Positions 48,843 through 57,808 of a stretch of DNA of 64,000 nucleotides are shown piece by piece (within the stretch, counting starts at the first letter, position 1; each line of letters begins with the position of its first letter). The position numbers and the translations under genes were made by a program. The stretch is from Penicillus capitatus. Taxonomy: Eukaryota > Plantae > Chlorophyta. The stretch covers positions 1,345,081-1,409,080 of the forward strand of contig OZ287695.1 of assembly GCA_965649825.1 (NCBI GenBank), written 5' to 3'. The notes under the pieces are model-generated. The model saw only the letters and a list, made by a program, of their open reading frames with translations. It was not told the origin of the DNA and ran no database searches.

Positions 48843-49439
48843 GAGTGGACCAGTCGGAGGGCTTCGGATCCGGCGCGCTTCGCGGACATGAACTTAGGAG
48901 TCCCGATCAAAAAAGGGGCTCGGAACAGAAAAAATCGCAGGAGAACAAAAAGCAATACATACATGCATACATTAAAAAAAGAAAAAAGAAAACAAGACGA
49001 TATCAAGAAAGGGAAGTGAAGATTAAAAATGTGCGACAAGAATCAGCAGGTAGTAAGCAGCACGTAAAACAGCTCAAGATGGACAGAAAGATAACAAAAA
49101 AAAAAACAAAAAGGGAACTGAGCAATAACAACGCGTTAGCTAACTAGACAGGAAAAACACTAAATCACAGAGATGTAAACACAGCACAAAATGAAATCAA
49201 TTAAAACATGAAAATAAAAAACAGACACAAAGCAAATGAAAGAAACACATGCAGGAAGGGGGCGACAGAATCTGAGACAATCAATAAGAAAGAAAAACGG
49301 AGCAAAAAACACACAGGCTCTGTCGCCCAGACGAGAGAGAACGGGTACCCAGAGAAAGGAGTAGAGAAAAAAGGTACAGAAAAGACGGCTCTGGGTACCG
49401 ATCCGAAAGCCTCTTACCCGGGAGTCGATCTGGTCACTC
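48843..49439. other. Inverted-repeat-bounded A-rich module, copy 1
   Basis: GAGTGGACCAGTCG-GAGGGCTTCGGATC ... GATCCGAAAGCCTC-(12 nt)-CGATCTGGTCACTC; interior strongly A-rich on plus strand; no TSD seen. Confidence 0.75.
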
Positions 49440-49795
49440 TTTGTTTTAATAATGCTGCCCAGATGATGGAGCACTGAGTCTTCTCCATCCATCCCATCCC
49501 CTCCTCAATGCCTGCCCTTTCTCGGTCCTCCTCTGCCCAGGTGCGCTGAGTCCCCCATGTTGCCAAGCGGCGGCCGGTGAAGGAGAGAGATAATATGCTG
49601 CGGCATCGAATGCCGGCAATTAGATGGGTCCGTCGTCATCTGAGGCAAAAGAGTGAGATCTGTTTTCTAAGGCGGAATGATGTTTACCTGTGACTGACGG
49701 TGCCACACGATGCATCTGATCGAGCACTGGTGGCCAGTATCTGTATCGAACTGCAACCGCTGGGAATGGAGACAAGTTCCCAGTGTGATTCGGCC

Positions 49796-50344
49796 GAATC
49801 TCTCAGCACCGGCCTTCGGATCCGGCGCGCTGCGTGGACATGAAGGAAAGGGGGTCCAAAAAGGGACCAGGAACAGAAAAAAAGAAAAAAAAACACACGA
49901 AGCAGCAAGGAAGTCAAATAAAAAGGACGAACGACCCACAGGAAAAAATCAAGCACACATGGAACTGAAAAACTTACAGGCAGGTAGGACAGAGAAAAGA
50001 ACAGGAGTATGAAAACACATGCAAAAAGGGGGCGGCGCAACAGGTGATAAATTAAAAAACAGAAAAGATTTAGCACAATCATGGAGGAGAAGAAAAAGGA
50101 GAAAACGGAATATGCAAAAAGAGACTAAATAATACACAGGAGACAGTTGCTTGTAAAAGATGTTCACAAAACGCAGACTATGGAAAGAAGGATACACGAA
50201 GTAGAAATGAAAACAAAAATACAGAGAAGAACAATTGAAGTCGCGCCGCCCAGAACGATAAGACGGGCATCCAGGGAAGAGGAAGGAAAGAGAGACAGAA
50301 GAGACGGCCCCGGATGCCGATCCGAAGACCTGCGACTGGGATTC
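49796..50344. other. Inverted-repeat-bounded A-rich module, copy 2
   Basis: GAATCTCTCAGCACCGGCCTTCGGATC ... GATCCGAAGACCTGCGACTGGGATTC; inner termini conserved with copy 1; no TSD seen. Confidence 0.75.
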
Positions 50345-51838
50345 ACTTACCGATTCACTCGGCTGTTGTCGGCACTTCTTTGACAAGTGCCGCTGGCCAC
50401 GCTCTCTCCTCCCTGACGCCCAACCATCCTCCCAAATGTCTTCGGCCGCCGCTGCAGGGGGGGGTGGTGTTGAGTGCCGGTATTGGGATGTGGCACATGA
50501 GACTCCGTTGCTTCACTGGTCTAACACCGCGCTTCTTCAGATCTGTTCAGCTTCTCCAGCTGTCTGCGTAACGAGTCAATGGACTGATCTGCAATGGACT
50601 CGGAAGTGTCGAAACACTTGGTCTGTCTGCTATGATCTGGTCCACCGGGGTTGGACATTCGATGTTCATGTCACTGATGTCTTCCGTGACGTCTTTTCTT
50701 GACATCGGTTCTTTCTGTGCTTTCTGTGCAGCATCCGAGCACTTCTGCTGAAGACAATCGGGATGACATGAATCTTCACGAGTTGGGAGCCTGCTGTCCA
50801 GCCGTGGATGAAGTCTGCAGAGTTACCATCCCGGAAGCAGTGGCATCTTGGAAGACATGTTTCTTCGCCAACTCTCCCAAACTGTCCTCGCAGTCATTCA
50901 GTCGTTTGATTCTCGGCTGCCATCCACAGAACTCATCTGCAACGATGACCACGTCGATTTCAGGCATCCACTCGTGCACTGCAATGACATACCTTCAAGA
51001 TTCAGATCATGCCATCCCAGATGGAAATTCATGTAAATCAATGCGCCTCTGAAGACGTGAAGAATGCTGACGTCTCGTATCGCGATGGCTGTTCTGGGAT
51101 AGTAGTGCATGCAGTTTCGAGTCGACGTTGACTGTTTCCAAGAGCTGGATTGCTGGAAAGACAGTCTGCAAACGTGCTTCAGTGTTTAGTTTGAGACTCC
51201 GATGCGTACTTTGTTGTCTCTAAGAAGCTGTCCGTCTTTTTTCTCTGAAGATCAGGTGTGGTCTGTCATCCCGATTTTACTTCCTTTGGCGTCGGGGACA
51301 GGTTCTTCTGGGTAACATCCAGTAGCACTTCGCTTCATGCGATATCAAAGAGTCGAAGTTGCGAGGCCATGTCGACGCGTGTCCATTTCAGCCAACAGTT
51401 CCTCGTTTGCACCTTGTTGAATCTAGCACAAGTGTTTCATTCTGTGAACACAGAGAAGGAACATACCTGAATTAAGATCAGGACAAAACAACAGAGGTCG
51501 ATTGCTTCTTCTGCAGTTGGAAAATGTAGATAGAGTGTTGCAGAACTGCCATGCCAGCGAAAAGAGTTTGAACGCTCAGCAGGCACAAGAATTCTCCAGC
51601 TTCGGATGTTGATTCCTGTCGACTGTCATTGCGTAAGCTTAAAAGAAAGACAAAATCCGTTCGTTTGCTTGCGCCCCTCCTTTAATACCTCCTGATCAGG
51701 AGGGGCGACTAATACGCCATTTGATCTGATGACTCAAATGGCATGATCAGTCATATTAGTGTTTCTGTAGGAGCCCACATACGCTTCGGCTGCAAACTTC
51801 GAAAGTAAACTAAAAAACAGCATTCTTCGCTTCGCACT

Positions 51839-54748
51839 TCAATCATAGTATTCTTTAATTCGGCTCGAGTGAACTGGATTCCTCACTGGTCCATGAACAC
51901 GCCATCTGCATCTTCCTACTCTCTCTGCTAACGTGTATGGACCTCTCCAGGCTGCAGGTTTGCCAGCTTCTGGGTAAAAGACCAGCACTCTTCTTCCAGT
52001 TCTTAAGGGTGGCGATGAGGCTGCGATTTTTTTGTGACTTCGCCTCGTAGTGGCTTCTCTTGATTTTCTGCAATTTTGGATCGCCTTTGCCCTCCATGTC
52101 TTCAGTCTCTCGTCGTCGATTCGTTCTCCATTTCGTGTCACTCCCCAGAAGAGCTCATTGGGCGTATATTTCGTCACGCCATGTATGGCATCATTGATTA
52201 CCTCCTCGAGGCGCTTGCCGTCGATCGGGAGTTCTTGGTTCGCGGTCATCTTTTCCACTCTTTTCTTGATGTTCCCGACAAGGCGCTCCACACGGCCATT
52301 AGTATGTGCCGTATAGGTGGGAGAATAGTAATGTGTGATCTGCCGCTCGGTGCAAAAGGCCCGCAATCGACGACCACAAAATGCTTGGCCTTGATCTGAA
52401 AATATAGCTTCTACGCCTCCATGTCTTGCCACTGTTGCATTCCACCATCTCGTGAGGGCCTTGATTACGGTTTCTTCGTTTGGTTGCGTCGTTATCGTCA
52501 ACTGGCAGAACCTGGTTAGTCCGTCGACGATTGCTAAGACGTGCTTGTTCTTCTTTTGATATCTTCCAAGCTTGATTGGTCCTAGGAAGTCGAGGAACAA
52601 CATGTGGTTTGCCACGGGGCATTCGATGCCTCTCCATTCGTCTCTAAGACGGGGTCTGGCTCCCCTTTGACAACCCTCGCATCTTCGCACGAACTCTTCA
52701 ACATCCGTTCGGGCCGATGGCCATATGCTTCCGTCCCTTTTAAGGTGCTCCCATGTTCGGCGGGAGTTCCAATGACCGTCGTGGGCTGTTCTCAGGCGTT
52801 CTGTCTGTTGCTCTGTGAGAAATGTCGTTGCTGCCTTTTCCAATGATGGCCATCGGCTTAAGACATCTGCCACCCCGTTGGATGCACCGGGAAGGTAGCA
52901 CACTTCAAGTCTGGAGGGGATCTCGAAGTTCGTCCAAAGCCAATCGAGCAGTCTGGACACCCTTGCGTCGAGGAGTGACCGGCTTCGTGGCGTTCCCATT
53001 ACGCATTGGTATGCACTTTGGGAATCTGTCCACACCACTATTCGCATCCCTGCTGTCATGACCTTCACTTGCTCGAGGGCCCAACAAAGCCCTCTCAGTT
53101 CTCCAAGCATGCTGCTCACAGCGCCGTTGGCTTCACGACGACTGTTGATTCCGATCAAAAGTCCTTCGCTCATCGGTCCTGAGAACAGAGCATATCCGGT
53201 TCCTACGCCGCTCCAGTCGACGTAGAGGTGCGATTCCTTCGTCGCATTGGTTGGTAGTCGATGCAGTGACATCGAGTTACGCAGCACAAGTTCCCATACC
53301 TCCCTTGTCTTCCTCTGCAGTGTGGCCAGATCTGATCGATCCTTTCTCGAGAGACTCAGTTCTTCTTGTAAGGGCTCCAGCCACTGGCTTAGTCTGTGAC
53401 ATGTGGGTCGACAGACGTTCAGTATTCCAATCATCTTCTGCAGTTGATGCTTCGACGTCGATATGGGCACTTGGGTGCATTGCTTGCGAATGTAGCTCTC
53501 GAGGCTGAACGTTGATTCTCGGACATCGTACCCCAGAAAAATCACTTGCTTTTCACAGAACTGCATCTTCTGTCGATTGGTGTGAAGGCAGTGGGCCTCC
53601 ATCACTCTTAATACTTCTTCCAGATTGCTGTCATGTTCCCCTTGATCGCGTCCGCCAATCAAGATGTCATCTTGATAGATGATTGCTTTGGTGGTCTCGA
53701 AGACCGAGCGCAGACGGCTAAGGAACAGCGAAGGGCTGCACGACCATCCCATCGGAAGGCATTTGTATGTCCACCTTTTCCCTTGGTGCTCGAATCCGAA
53801 TAGCTTCTGGAGAGCATCGCAAACCTGTAGGTGAAAAAACCCACAGTCTAAATCAAGGACAGTAAACCTATCCCATTCGGCTGGTATGGATGATACTGTC
53901 TCCTTTACACTCGTCATTTGTGTCTTCCAGGTTCGGCAGTAGGTATTCAAGAGCCGGAAGTCGAGGGTCTTGCGTGCTTTCCCGCTGGGCTTTCTGACCC
54001 ATATCGTGGGGCTCAGAAAGACCCTTTCACCAGGCTTCACTCTCCTGATAACCCCACGTGCCTCCATATCGGTGAGCACTTCGTTGGCTTCTTTGGTAGA
54101 GACGTCCCCCGTCTCGTATCGAGCGCCTCTGTTGCATCTTGGAATGTCCGCCACATCCTTCAGCCACTCGATCTCGTTGTGGCATATCTTCAATCGCGCG
54201 ATCGTCTTGCCCGCGCCGAAGATGCCTTTCGAGAACACCGCTGGGTATTTCTGCACCCAGTGATCCAGATCGGCTTTTTTCGTGTGGGCTGATGCTGAGA
54301 CGGGACTCGTCGCAGGACTCCCGTCTTCTTCGCGGGTCGCTTCCGGTTCGCTGATGTCGAATCGGCTCTCCGGTGTCTTGATGATTGCCGCTGCCTTGAG
54401 TTTCGGACTCAACAATTTGGCTTCGTCGGCAGAATTATAGATTTGGACTCTGACTGTTCCCTCATTGGACAGGGAAACAGAAGCTAGCAGGTTACGGACC
54501 TGTAGCACTGGCAGCACGCCTTGGATCCCGTCTCCTACCACGTTGAACGGTAGAACCAGGATCTTTGTCTCCTTAGGGCCCATCACGGTGGACCTTCCGA
54601 GGGGCAAGTGAGCACGGTTGCCCACGACTGCGACACGCGCCGCCTTGTTTCTTTGGCCGAGGATGGAGATCTCCACCGTAGGGTGAGCGGCGGATCTCCC
54701 CTGGATTCTTGGCTCTGGGGCAGAGGTCCCCAGATCTAGAAGTTTTTT
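51839..54748 (-). CDS. Element A pol (RT, RNase H, integrase), entered by -1 frameshift
   Basis: LDFRLLN, LDLDCGFF, LPMGWSCSP, YQDD; YVDWSG, ELRG, TDSQ; HHCC zinc finger, LDFLGP, SDQG, NGRVER, GPY. Confidence 0.97.
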   Translation of the reverse strand, partial: KKLLDLGTSAPEPRIQGRSAAHPTVEISILGQRNKAARVAVVGNRAHLPLGRSTVMGPKETKILVLPFNVVGDGIQGVLPVLQVRNLLASVSLSNEGTVRVQIYNSADEAKLLSPKLKAAAIIKTPESRFDISEPEATREEDGSPATSPVSASAHTKKADLDHWVQKYPAVFSKGIFGAGKTIARLKICHNEIEWLKDVADIPRCNRGARYETGDVSTKEANEVLTDMEARGVIRRVKPGERVFLSPTIWVRKPSGKARKTLDFRLLNTYCRTWKTQMTSVKETVSSIPAEWDRFTVLDLDCGFFHLQVCDALQKLFGFEHQGKRWTYKCLPMGWSCSPSLFLSRLRSVFETTKAIIYQDDILIGGRDQGEHDSNLEEVLRVMEAHCLHTNRQKMQFCEKQVIFLGYDVRESTFSLESYIRKQCTQVPISTSKHQLQKMIGILNVCRPTCHRLSQWLEPLQEELSLSRKDRSDLATLQRKTREVWELVLRNSMSLHRLPTNATKESHLYVDWSGVGTGYALFSGPMSEGLLIGINSRREANGAVSSMLGELRGLCWALEQVKVMTAGMRIVVWTDSQSAYQCVMGTPRSRSLLDARVSRLLDWLWTNFEIPSRLEVCYLPGASNGVADVLSRWPSLEKAATTFLTEQQTERLRTAHDGHWNSRRTWEHLKRDGSIWPSARTDVEEFVRRCEGCQRGARPRLRDEWRGIECPVANHMLFLDFLGPIKLGRYQKKNKHVLAIVDGLTRFCQLTITTQPNEETVIKALTRWWNATVARHGGVEAIFSDQGQAFCGRRLRAFCTERQITHYYSPTYTAHTNGRVERLVGNIKKRVEKMTANQELPIDGKRLEEVINDAIHGVTKYTPNELFWGVTRNGERIDDERLKTWRAKAIQNCRKSREATTRRSHKKIAASSPPLRTGRRVLVFYPEAGKPAAWRGPYTLAERVGRCRWRVHGPVRNPVHSSRIKEYYD
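54714..54748 (-). promoter_or_regulatory. -1 programmed ribosomal frameshift signal of element A
   Basis: Slippery A-AAA-AAC (54742-54748) in ORF1 frame, 7-nt spacer, perfect 7-bp stem TCTGGGG/CCCCAGA (54714-54734); ORF2 is in the -1 frame. Confidence 0.85.
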
Positions 54749-56274
54749 TGCAGCTGAGCTTTGGAGGCTGCATGGCAGAAGAGTCTCTCTCCGCATGGTC
54801 TCTGTAGGTATTCCTCGCTGCAGTTGATGCTGAACTCGAACTGACGTAACGCCGGAGTTCCCAATATCGTTTTCCCCAGTTGGGGAACAACCAAGTACGT
54901 CACACTCTTCTCTGAGTTCCCGAGGTGAGTGTTCAGGGTAGTCTGCCCAAGAACGGGTAGACCCTCGCCTGAGACTCCGTAAACCTCCGTTACGTCGCAA
55001 GGCACCGCTGAATGTCCGATCTCTTCACAGATCGTCCTGGAGATCAAGTTGGCGGACGACCCGGAGTCAATGAGAAACTCCCGGGCCCGAGGCTCGTTTT
55101 CGATCCGCCCTTGCACGTGGAGGAGAGGTCTCCCGTTGTCCCTTTCCGTTCCACTGACTGCCGCCGTTGTCGGCTGATGAGAGCACCCTTCATCTGTCTG
55201 AACTTCGCCTCCTCTGGGAGAGGACCGGCCACTTCTGAAACTGAACTCATCGTCAATGTCCGATCCCATACAGGTGGACGCTGCATAAGCTCTGTCTTTT
55301 CGCTGTTTGGGGCACTCATCTTTCCAGTGCATCCCACGGCATACAGGACACGGAGCGCTGGGCTTGCTAGGCCTGGCAGGGCAGGCCCAAATCGGATGAT
55401 CGTCTCCCCCACACCGTTTGCATCGCTTCCCTCTCGGAGTTCCTCCGTCCTTTCTCGGAAAAGCAGAGGGTCCGGGAGAATCGGACGAGCGTCGGCGAGC
55501 ATGCGTGTCGGGTTTGTCGACCCTGGAGCCTCGTTTTTCGTCCGAGGCCCGCCTTAACTCCCTCAGGGCATTCTTTACCTCCCTGAGTTCTTGTCTGAGG
55601 TCGTCGTCATTGCCTTCTGGCTCGCTTTCCCACTGCAGTCGTCGAAGGAGTTGGATAAACTTTTGGATGGCTATTCCCAAAACCACCCAGATTGGCAGAT
55701 GGAAATACCACTTTACCACAGCCCTGCATCCTTTCCACATGACCGTCGCCTTGAGCCACATCAGGCAGAGCACGTTTGTGACGATGAATGCCACGCAGAG
55801 CCAGAAGATCGTCCACATGTTGCGGAGCGACGTGCCTGTGACCGTCGCCGCCGCTGCGATGAAGTCGACGATTGAGTTTCGGATCCGATGGAAGGTTGAC
55901 CGCCACATCCCGCTTTCGTCCGCGGCGGTTTCCGGCGCAGTCGGCGCATCCTCAGCCTTGGAGTGATCGCTGGCCGAGAACCATGTCTTCCAGAACTTCC
56001 ATCGGCCCCCCGTCGTGGACTCGGCCGTTTCTTCGTGACATGGACAGCATGCAGCCAGACGTTTGCGCAGTCTAATCGACTCTCCTAACAGCTGGTCTTT
56101 GTCTTCCCGTAACTCCGCGTTCTCTCGTCGCAAGAGCTTGATGGTCCGCATTATATCCGCCATGTTCTGCCCGGCAGTCATCTCCAAGCCTTCGTTGGAC
56201 GTATCGTCGTTTGTCGCTGCCTCCGCTTGGATACCTCCATCGCAATAAAGGAGGATTGCCACCAACACAGCCAT
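54736..56274 (-). CDS. Element A ORF1: signal peptide, coiled coil, hydrophobic membrane segments, two zinc knuckles, aspartic protease
   Basis: MAVLVAILLYCDGGIQA; WTIFWLCVAFIVTNVLCLMWL; CKRCGGDDHPIWAC and CPVCRGMHWKDEC; FLIDSGSS; an in-frame ATG also at 56316 inside the LTR end. Confidence 0.9.
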   Translation of the reverse strand: MAVLVAILLYCDGGIQAEAATNDDTSNEGLEMTAGQNMADIMRTIKLLRRENAELREDKDQLLGESIRLRKRLAACCPCHEETAESTTGGRWKFWKTWFSASDHSKAEDAPTAPETAADESGMWRSTFHRIRNSIVDFIAAAATVTGTSLRNMWTIFWLCVAFIVTNVLCLMWLKATVMWKGCRAVVKWYFHLPIWVVLGIAIQKFIQLLRRLQWESEPEGNDDDLRQELREVKNALRELRRASDEKRGSRVDKPDTHARRRSSDSPGPSAFPRKDGGTPRGKRCKRCGGDDHPIWACPARPSKPSAPCPVCRGMHWKDECPKQRKDRAYAASTCMGSDIDDEFSFRSGRSSPRGGEVQTDEGCSHQPTTAAVSGTERDNGRPLLHVQGRIENEPRAREFLIDSGSSANLISRTICEEIGHSAVPCDVTEVYGVSGEGLPVLGQTTLNTHLGNSEKSVTYLVVPQLGKTILGTPALRQFEFSINCSEEYLQRPCGERLFCHAASKAQLQKNF

Positions 56275-56296
56275 GACCGTCCGGTCGGTCTCCTTC

Positions 56297-56308
56297 GCTC
56301 CGAAACCA
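56297..56308 (-). promoter_or_regulatory. Primer-binding site of element A (TGGTTTCGGAGC)
   Basis: 2 nt inside the 5' LTR; begins with TGG complementary to tRNA CCA. Confidence 0.85.
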
Positions 56309-57791
56309 GATGTCATTGCGTAAGCTTAAAAGAAAGACAAAATCCGTTCGTTTGCTTGCGCCCCTCCTTTAATACCTCCTGATCAGGAGGGGCGACTAAT
56401 ACGCCATTTGATCTGATGACTCAAATGGCATGATCAGTCATATTAGTGTTTCTGTAGGAGCCCACATCGACCACGCCCTTGTCTGTGTGAGCAGCAGCGG
56501 TCTTTGACGAAACCATGCTTGTACTCAATGTTTGCTGGATGCCTCGTCCTTCATCATCGGATTCGTAAGTGTAATTGTACTGAGCTGAGGACTGGCCCGC
56601 CATCTAGAATTCAAACTCCATCTTGATTGGTGTGTAGCATTGGATTTCTTACCGTTGCGAACGAGATATGGGAATTCACCCAAGTGATTCAAGTGCCAAT
56701 CTCCTTCTGAAATTCGAATCGATTCGCTAGATGCTTATCCTCGTGGAACAGACTCCGTTTGCGGCACAGCTGGTTCCTTGTCGGAGCGGAAATCCAGTCA
56801 ACCAGAACCTGGTCGTTTGATCTGCATCAATGCGAGCTGGTCTTCGAGGACGAGTCACAACGTGTTTGTTGGAATTATCTCGTCATTGAGCTTTCGACAA
56901 CAGTCCAGCTGGTCCGGCTTCTACCGTCACTGTCGCCAGCGAGTGAAACCTTCTTTAAAGAAGGACTGATTGGCGCCAGAGAGAAAGTGTCGATGCACTC
57001 GGAATCTTCGTTCTGCGATGGAGGACTGACTCTGTCTTCGAACGATCGAGATTGAAATCGGCTTTCATCTCACTCGAGCCATCCTCCCATCGCCTCTGAC
57101 GGAATGAGGCAGCGAAAGCAGTTGTCGATAGCAAACCACTGTGAACAGCTGATCGACTGAGCACTCACCGAGGGCTGTTGTTGCCTAGACAAAACGCTTA
57201 CTTAGCATCTAAGCCATTGACCTCCCATGTAGAACGTGCTTGCATAGAAGATCATCGTCTTCTGCCTTTTCTGCGTGGATACTCCATCGAGGATGGTTCC
57301 ACTGGTCTCGTGGTCGGGCGGAGGAGGTCTGTTGTCCACTGCATCGTGTCTGGGAGACTTCGAGATCTTAAGCCAGACGAACCGAGTTATGGAGTCCGTT
57401 GGCAGGCGATTCCCTGTGCCGTGAAGTTTTCGATGGCTCCTGCTGGTCACCTGCAGAGACGCCTTTGTATGATAAACGATATGTAAAACGCTCACCAGTC
57501 CGCAGATCTTCAGGGTTTAATTGTTCTCTCGCAGTCTCCGAAAACTGCAACGCCTTTTATCTTGTTATCCGCTAGTGGACTTCTGAGATTCAGTTCTCCG
57601 TCTATAGCCTTTAAGCTCCGAATAGAGACCCAGCGGTGAGATGTTGCAACCTTTGTCTTGCTGTTGTCATGAATGAGGAATTAGGGGGCGTCAAACCCGA
57701 AGCGTCACTTGATGTACTTAACAGTGGTGCCTGTGTCATGTACGTGATTAGTGTGATCTTTTCTGTAACAATTCTGATCGTAAAAGCGACA

Positions 57792-57803
57792 TGGTTTCGG
57801 AGC
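57792..57803 (+). promoter_or_regulatory. Primer-binding site of element B (TGGTTTCGGAGC)
   Basis: Immediately after the 5' LTR; identical 12-mer to the PBS of element A. Confidence 0.85.
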
Positions 57804-57808
57804 CGAAG

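Larger units (their letters stand above)
51624..56466 (-). mobile_element. Ty3/Gypsy LTR retrotransposon A, full length (4843 bp), very recent
   Basis: Identical 156-bp TG..CA LTRs (51624-51779, 56311-56466); 5-bp TSD TCGAC; PBS; PR-RT-RH-IN order; ORFs intact. Confidence 0.97.

Noticed and set aside
56470-57660. ORFs between the two LTR elements and after 62410 as an env-like or accessory gene
   Set aside because: They lie outside the LTR/TSD boundaries, frames are broken by stops, and no family was recognised
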